A DNA stretch of 64,000 nucleotides, from contig BEHE01000010.1 of NCBI GenBank assembly GCA_002898395.1, positions 14,976-78,975 of the forward strand, written 5' to 3'. Within the stretch, counting starts at the first letter, position 1; every line of letters begins with the position of its first letter. Position numbers and translations under genes: made by a program. This DNA comes from Candidatus Calditenuaceae archaeon HR02. Its GTDB lineage: Archaea > Thermoproteota > Nitrososphaeria_A > Caldarchaeales > Calditenuaceae. This document shows, one piece after another, positions 58,496 through 64,000 of the stretch. Under the pieces are notes generated by a model that worked only from the letters and a program-made list of their open reading frames with translations, did no database searches and was not told the DNA's origin.

Positions 58496-60433
58496 GTGAG
58501 CCAGTTGGGGAATCCCCCTCCGTCTCCAGCATCCAGACCATTTAGGGGCAGGCGTGCGGGGACTCCGCTGGAGCAGCTACTAGACCCTGAGTGGTGGTCA
58601 AAAATCTTCAACGAGTTCTATCTGAAGACAGACTCAAGCATAGTAATGAATGAGGGCCTCACGAAGAGGGAGGTCGACCTTATAGTACGGATGCTGGACC
58701 TTGAGCCCTCTGAGAAAATACTAGACCTCTGCTGTGGGCAAGGAAGGCACTCCATCGAGCTGGCTAGAAGAGGCTTCAGGAACGTCGAGGGGCTCGACCT
58801 GTCAGAATACCTAGTCAGAATGGCGCAGAGAGTGGCCCGACAGCAGGGGGTTAAAGCCACATTCAGGGTGGGCGATGCGCGGAGTACACCGTATCCAAAC
58901 AACACATTCGATGCGGTGATACTAATGGGAAACAGTTTTGGCTACTTCACAGACAAGAACGATGACGTAAAGCTGCTCAGGGAGGTTCATAGGGTCTTGA
59001 GGCCCTACGGGAGGCTGCTCTTAGACTTAGCCGCCGGTGACGCCGTAAGACGAAATTATGCAAAAAGGAGCTGGGAGTGGATAGACGACAAGACTATCGT
59101 GGTAAGGGAGAGGGAGATGTCGTCGGATGGTGAAAGAATCATAACAAGGGAAATTGTAATAGATGTGGAGGAGGGGGTCCGCGCCGACAATGTCTACGCC
59201 ATCAGACTCTACTCCTACGCAGAGCTAAAGAGCATCCTCGAGTCGGTGGGATTCGTCAACGTGACCCTCAGAATACTTATGGATTCCGAGGATTCGAGCA
59301 GCGATCCTGGATTGATGGCTACGCGCATGATGGTGACGGCTTTGGCGGGCAAGGAGGATGGAGAGCAGGAGGAGGGCAAAGAGGTTTATGTTCTGCTGGG
59401 CGACCCACGCATCCCTAATCCCGTAAAGCCCGGCTCAGTATTCGACGAGGATGACCAGTATGCGGTAAACGAGCTCAAGTCAGCCCTCTACGGCATAAGG
59501 GGCTACAGGTTCAACTTCATAGACAACCACTCAGAGATGCTTAGAATATTAGAGCAGAACCGTAGCAAAATATATCTAGTACTGAATCTCTGCGATGATG
59601 GGTTCCGCAACGACCCATTCAAAGAACCACACATAACCGCGGTGCTGGATATACTCGGCCTACCATACACAGGCGCGGGGCAACGCTGCCTCACACTGTG
59701 TTACGATAAGAGCCTGGTGAAACTGGTAGCTCACCAGCTGGGAATACCTACACCAAGGTTCGTGCTACTGGAGCCCGGAGAGGCTCCACTCCGCGTAAAG
59801 GGTCTGAAATATCCGCTCGTAGTCAAGCCGAACTTCGGGGACAATAGCTGGGGCATAACGGAGAAGAGCATAGCTAGGAGCGCGGCGGAGCTTATAGCCG
59901 CTATCGAGAACCTGCGGAGAGAATGGGGATACAGCGGGCCCATACTAGTGGAAGAGTACATCGAGGGTGAGGACTTAACCGTCTCCATAATAGGCAATCC
60001 ACCTCACGACTATGTTGTAGCTCCGATACTGAGGGAGGACTACAGCGGGGTCCCAGCCAATCTTCCGAGAATATGCACCTACCAAGCAAAATGGATACCT
60101 GCTAGCAGCTATGGCGCTGTGAGGTCCGTACCTGCTAACCTATCGCCGAGCATAAAATCTTTGCTAACGAAGTGGTCCATCCAACTGTTTAAGAAGTTGG
60201 AATGTAGAGATTATGCCCGATTTGACTGGAGGCTCAGCAGTGATGGGGTGCCATACCTCTTAGAGGCTAATCCTAATCCGGGGTGGGTGTGGGACGGTCA
60301 CCTCCGTAAGGCGTGCAGCTACATTGGGTGGACATACAAGCGCATGCTCCTAGAGATAATCAAGAGGGCCGAGAGAAGGATTATGCAGCAGCGGAACGAA
60401 GCGCTTGCACAAGCCGTCAGACACGCGCACTAG
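58496..60433 (+). CDS. methyltransferase / D-Ala-D-Ala-ligase-like ATP-grasp fusion protein
   Basis: N-terminal LDLCCGQGRH, GNSFGYF; C-terminal GLPYTG, DK, PLVVKP..S.GI, VEEYIEG, YARFDWR, LEANPNPG. Confidence 0.88.
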   Translation: MSQLGNPPPSPASRPFRGRRAGTPLEQLLDPEWWSKIFNEFYLKTDSSIVMNEGLTKREVDLIVRMLDLEPSEKILDLCCGQGRHSIELARRGFRNVEGLDLSEYLVRMAQRVARQQGVKATFRVGDARSTPYPNNTFDAVILMGNSFGYFTDKNDDVKLLREVHRVLRPYGRLLLDLAAGDAVRRNYAKRSWEWIDDKTIVVREREMSSDGERIITREIVIDVEEGVRADNVYAIRLYSYAELKSILESVGFVNVTLRILMDSEDSSSDPGLMATRMMVTALAGKEDGEQEEGKEVYVLLGDPRIPNPVKPGSVFDEDDQYAVNELKSALYGIRGYRFNFIDNHSEMLRILEQNRSKIYLVLNLCDDGFRNDPFKEPHITAVLDILGLPYTGAGQRCLTLCYDKSLVKLVAHQLGIPTPRFVLLEPGEAPLRVKGLKYPLVVKPNFGDNSWGITEKSIARSAAELIAAIENLRREWGYSGPILVEEYIEGEDLTVSIIGNPPHDYVVAPILREDYSGVPANLPRICTYQAKWIPASSYGAVRSVPANLSPSIKSLLTKWSIQLFKKLECRDYARFDWRLSSDGVPYLLEANPNPGWVWDGHLRKACSYIGWTYKRMLLEIIKRAERRIMQQRNEALAQAVRHAH

Positions 60434-60476
60434 GATTGATGTGACCGAAAAGAAATAAAGACGTGGGCACTATTCC

Positions 60477-60538
60477 GCTCTCCGCAGATTCCAACCTCCA
60501 AGTGTGGGTTAGACCTCTTACCCTCCTCCGTCGCGAGC
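60477..60538. repeat. 62-bp exact direct copy of ppdK-internal segment 61156-61217
   Basis: GCTCTCCGCAGATTCC...CCGTCGCGAGC is identical at both loci. Confidence 0.95.
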
Positions 60539-60633
60539 CACACGGCACAGCCTAACCCTCCGGAGCTATCCACCACGCCGCCCGCCCCCAGTAGCCAAAA
60601 CCATTATTATCAGCGCCCACCCAGTCTAAATCC

Positions 60634-60987
60634 ATGTTAATCGTTAAAAGAGGCGTCAAGGGTGAGGATAGGACAGGCGGCCTATTCATAGGCACAGCCA
60701 ACGTGGCGACACTTGTGAACGAGGAGCTAGGGTCAAAGGAGTTTCTAGCCGCGATAGTTACCTTTACGCCAGGCTCGAAGACCAAGAGCCACACTCACAA
60801 CCACGAGCAGATACTCTTCATTCTCAGGGGCAGGGGATATGTTGGGACAGTGGATCAAACTTGGGAGGTGAGTGAAGGCGACTTCGTCCTCATACCCGCG
60901 GGCCTGGTGCACTGGCACGGCGCTGCATCCGACTCTGAGTTCTCGCACCTCGCGATACTGAACTGTAAGACGGAGACAAAGTACTGA
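60634..60987 (+). CDS. cupin domain protein
   Basis: HTHNHEQ..G.G..GD..IPAG..HWHGA. Confidence 0.88.
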   Translation: MLIVKRGVKGEDRTGGLFIGTANVATLVNEELGSKEFLAAIVTFTPGSKTKSHTHNHEQILFILRGRGYVGTVDQTWEVSEGDFVLIPAGLVHWHGAASDSEFSHLAILNCKTETKY

Positions 60988-61009
60988 AAAGAGGGGCGTG
61001 GTATGTGGG

Positions 61010-63664
61010 CTAAACAGTTACGGGCGCCTTCTCAGCTATAGCGATCGCCGCCTGGGCGGCCGCTATCCTGGCTATCGGGATGCGGTATGGCGAGCAGCTC
61101 ACATAATCAAGACCGGCCGAGTGGAAGAACTTGACACTATTCGGCTCTCCGCCATGCTCTCCGCAGATTCCAACCTCCAAGTGTGGGTTAGACCTCTTAC
61201 CCTCCTCCGTCGCGAGCTTTACCAGCCTTCCAACACCCTCAGTGTCAAGGACCTCGAAAGGATTCTCCTTCAAGATCTTCTTCTCCAAATAGTCTGCCAT
61301 AAACTTGGCCTCTACATCGTCCCTGCTAAACCCGAACGTTGTCTGTGTCAAGTCGTTGGTCCCGAATGAGAAGAAGTCTGCGACCTCAGCTATCCTAGCA
61401 GCGGTAAGCGCAGCTCTTGGAGTCTCTATCATCGTCCCGACCTTGTATGGTATCCTTATCCCCTGCTCCTGGAAGACCTTCTCAGCCGTTTTATCGATTA
61501 TCTCCCTGAGGTATGCGAGCTCAGAGGCCTCAGAGACAAGCGGGATCATTATCTGGACGTGGACGGTCTCGCCATCCGACTTCAACACCTTTATCGCCGC
61601 CGTGAGTATCGCTCTGACCTGCATCTCATATATCTCGGGGTATCTTATTGCAAGCCTGCATCCTCTATGCCCTATCATGGGGTTGTGTTCCTGGAGCTGA
61701 CGGACCTTCTGGAGTATCTTCACCTTTTCATCTACCTCCTTCTGCGGCGCTCCCATGGACTTCAGCTCGTATATTTCGGTGAGTAGCTGGGCCTCGGAGG
61801 GTAAGAACTCGTGGAGTGGGAGGTCTAGGAGTCTAACGGTCACAGGCAGGCCCTTCATTATCTTGAATATCTCGATAAAGTCGCCCAGCTGGAGTGGGAA
61901 GAGCTTTTCAAGCGCCCTCCTCCTCTCCTCCCCCGTCTCAGCCATAATCATCTCCCTCACGATAGGCAGCCTGTCCGGAGCGTTGAACATTCTCTCCGTC
62001 CTGCATAGACCAATCCCCTCCGCTCCAAACTCCCGCGCCTTTGCAGCCGCCTCGGGCGTGTCAGCATTAGCCCTGACACCCAACCTCTTCGCTTCATTAG
62101 CCCAGGAGAGTAGGAGTCTAAACTCTTCCGTCAGCTCAGGCTCTATCGTTGGGGCCTCTCCAAGGATAACATAACCAGTAGTCCCATCTATCGTGATTAT
62201 GTCCCCCTTATTGATGCGGACTCCCTTATCTGTTAAGAAGTAGCCCTCCTCCATGTTTATCTTGATACTCTCACAACCGACAACCGCCGGCTTCCCCATC
62301 CCCCTCGCGACAACAGCCGCGTGGCTGGTCATCCCGCCCCTACTAGTGAGAACTCCTTGAGCAGCGATAACCCCTTTAATATCCTCTGGTGTTGTCTCTG
62401 GTCTCACAAGTATCACCTTCTCGCCCTTTCCTCCGAGCTCAGCCGCCTCGTCCGTGTCAAAGATTACCTTTCCGGTGGCAACTCCCGGAGATGCGTTCAG
62501 CCCTTTTGCTATTGGGTCAATTTTAGCCCGCGGGTCCAGTCTACGGTGTAGTAGCTGATTTAGATCATTGGGCTCAATTCTAGATAACGCCTCCTCTTTG
62601 GTTATGAGGCCCTCTCTGACCATGTCTACAGCGATCTTCACAGCCGCTTGGGCTGTGCGCTTACCATTCCGCGTCTGGAGCATGTAGAGTTTTCCGCGCT
62701 CGACCGTAAACTCGAAATCCTGCATATCTTTGAAGTATCTCTCAAGCTTCCTTGCAATCTCAACCAGCTGCTGATAGATTACGTGGTCGACCTTGTCTAT
62801 CGGGATGGGGGTCCTTATCCCCGCGACCACGTCCTCGCCCTGAGAGTTGGGAAGATATTCGCCGTAGAGTTTTCCCTCGCCTGTGGACGGATTCCTAGTG
62901 AATCCGACACCTGAGCCTGAGTCCATACCCATATTTCCGAAGACCATTAGCTGGACATTGACTGCCGTTCCGAGGTCATCTGGGATCTTATAGTATCGTC
63001 TATACTCGATTGCTCGCGGATTATTCCAGGACTTGAAGACAGCCTCGATAGCCATGACTAGCTGGTCCCAAGGATCCTGAGGAAAGTCCTTCCCAGTCTC
63101 CCTCCTCACGATTTCTTTAAACTCTTGCACAAGCTTTTCGAGATCTGAGGCTGGTATCTCATAGTCGTGTTTCACGCCTAGCCTGTGTTTAGTTTTCTCA
63201 AGAGCTTGCTCGAATAGCTCGCCTTTAACCCCCATCGCTATTCTTGCGAACATCTGGATGAAGCGGCGGTAGGCGTCATATGCGAATCGTCGGTCTCCTG
63301 TCAGCTTTGCAAGCCCCTCAACAACCCTGTCGTTCAGCCCAAGGTTTAGTATGGTGTCCATCATCCCTGGCATGGAGTAGGGGGCCCCAGACCTCACGGA
63401 GACAAGCAGAGGCCTCTCAGGGTCGTTAAACTTCTTCCCAGTCATCTCCTCCAACTTCTTCAGCTTCTCACGAACTTCATCTAGCAGCCCGCTGGGAATC
63501 TTGCCCCCATTAGAGTAATATTCCTTACAAGCTGATGTAAGTATTGTGAAGCCTGGAGGTACTGGTAAACCCGCAGCAGTCATCTCTACGAGGCCGTAGC
63601 CCTTGCCTCCAAGTTCGAACCGCGTCAAACCCTTGGCCTCGTGGAAGAGATAAACCCTACCCAA
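61010..63664 (-). CDS. ppdK: pyruvate, phosphate dikinase
   Basis: LGGKG, VSVRSGA..SMPGMMDT, GGMTSHAAVVARG, GIGLCRTE, FSFGTNDLTQ, GICGEHGG. Confidence 0.97.
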   Translation of the reverse strand: MGRVYLFHEAKGLTRFELGGKGYGLVEMTAAGLPVPPGFTILTSACKEYYSNGGKIPSGLLDEVREKLKKLEEMTGKKFNDPERPLLVSVRSGAPYSMPGMMDTILNLGLNDRVVEGLAKLTGDRRFAYDAYRRFIQMFARIAMGVKGELFEQALEKTKHRLGVKHDYEIPASDLEKLVQEFKEIVRRETGKDFPQDPWDQLVMAIEAVFKSWNNPRAIEYRRYYKIPDDLGTAVNVQLMVFGNMGMDSGSGVGFTRNPSTGEGKLYGEYLPNSQGEDVVAGIRTPIPIDKVDHVIYQQLVEIARKLERYFKDMQDFEFTVERGKLYMLQTRNGKRTAQAAVKIAVDMVREGLITKEEALSRIEPNDLNQLLHRRLDPRAKIDPIAKGLNASPGVATGKVIFDTDEAAELGGKGEKVILVRPETTPEDIKGVIAAQGVLTSRGGMTSHAAVVARGMGKPAVVGCESIKINMEEGYFLTDKGVRINKGDIITIDGTTGYVILGEAPTIEPELTEEFRLLLSWANEAKRLGVRANADTPEAAAKAREFGAEGIGLCRTERMFNAPDRLPIVREMIMAETGEERRRALEKLFPLQLGDFIEIFKIMKGLPVTVRLLDLPLHEFLPSEAQLLTEIYELKSMGAPQKEVDEKVKILQKVRQLQEHNPMIGHRGCRLAIRYPEIYEMQVRAILTAAIKVLKSDGETVHVQIMIPLVSEASELAYLREIIDKTAEKVFQEQGIRIPYKVGTMIETPRAALTAARIAEVADFFSFGTNDLTQTTFGFSRDDVEAKFMADYLEKKILKENPFEVLDTEGVGRLVKLATEEGKRSNPHLEVGICGEHGGEPNSVKFFHSAGLDYVSCSPYRIPIARIAAAQAAIAIAEKAPVTV

Positions 63665-63689
63665 GCCTGTCCTCGTGGTTTATGCGAAT

Positions 63690-63713
63690 CAGCCACGATA
63701 TAAATCGTGGCTG
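63690..63713. promoter_or_regulatory. perfect inverted repeat over the ppdK TATA box
   Basis: CAGCCACGAT-ATAA-ATCGTGGCTG, about 25-50 bp upstream of the ppdK start. Confidence 0.6.
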
Positions 63714-63800
63714 GCTCGTAGCGTGGCAAGGATGATGATAACAAGAATGAGTTTAAAGAGAGGAAGAATAGGGGGAGGGTGTGGCCATAGACACCAGCCC

Positions 63801-63958
63801 AGACAACATCTAAGAACCCCAAAAGAGGCAGACACTTTATATGTAAGGGTGGAGTAGCGACTATCGCTACTCCACTATATATCGTGGGGTGCCGGCCTCT
63901 TTGGGGTTTTTCTCTGTTGTCTAGGCCGGCACCCGCAGCCTCTCTTGGGGTTCCTTAG
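63801..63958. repeat. nested inverted-repeat cluster
   Basis: 12-bp arms GTGGAGTAGCGA/TCGCTACTCCAC; GGGTGCCGGCCT/AGGCCGGCACCC; three near-copies of a GCCTCT..TTGGGGTT unit, one inverted. Confidence 0.8.
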
Positions 63959-64000
63959 CGATTCTCCAGATTCTTTTGAGTAGTTTTTCCTCGTCTCTTG

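Noticed and set aside
63801-63958. CRISPR array
   Set aside because: Repeats are short, in mixed orientation and irregularly spaced; no cas genes in the window.

Overview
Archaeal chromosomal DNA. PCNA, PINA ATPase, Thi4, archaeal pyrBI, TATA boxes and Tat-exported Thr-rich solute-binding proteins fit a thermophilic TACK archaeon, possibly Caldarchaeales/Aigarchaeota (inference). In order: an acyl-CoA catabolic cluster (2 DUF35, 2 Cys-less thiolase-fold proteins, acyl-CoA dehydrogenase, acetoacetate-CoA ligase). Divergent from it is a tightly coupled operon of 2-oxoacid:ferredoxin oxidoreductase, a tandem HdrA-MvhD fusion, an HdrD-like protein and EtfAB. Next come an AT-richer block of ABC transporters and catabolic enzymes, and a GC-rich clade II-type nitrous-oxide reductase cluster with a candidate operator and HTH-10 regulator. 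A decayed zone follows (ATPase pseudogene, integrase halves in opposite orientations), then mostly housekeeping genes (glnA, Mo-hydroxylase L subunit, PCNA, thi4, pyrCIB, PINA, rpiB, ppdK). The strongest unexplained non-coding signals are a ~185-nt GC-rich multi-helix RNA candidate with its own TATA box (47005-47188), a 62-bp exact copy of an internal ppdK segment, and a nested inverted-repeat cluster at the window end. No tRNA, rRNA or CRISPR array was seen. All calls come from motif recognition by eye; no searches were run.
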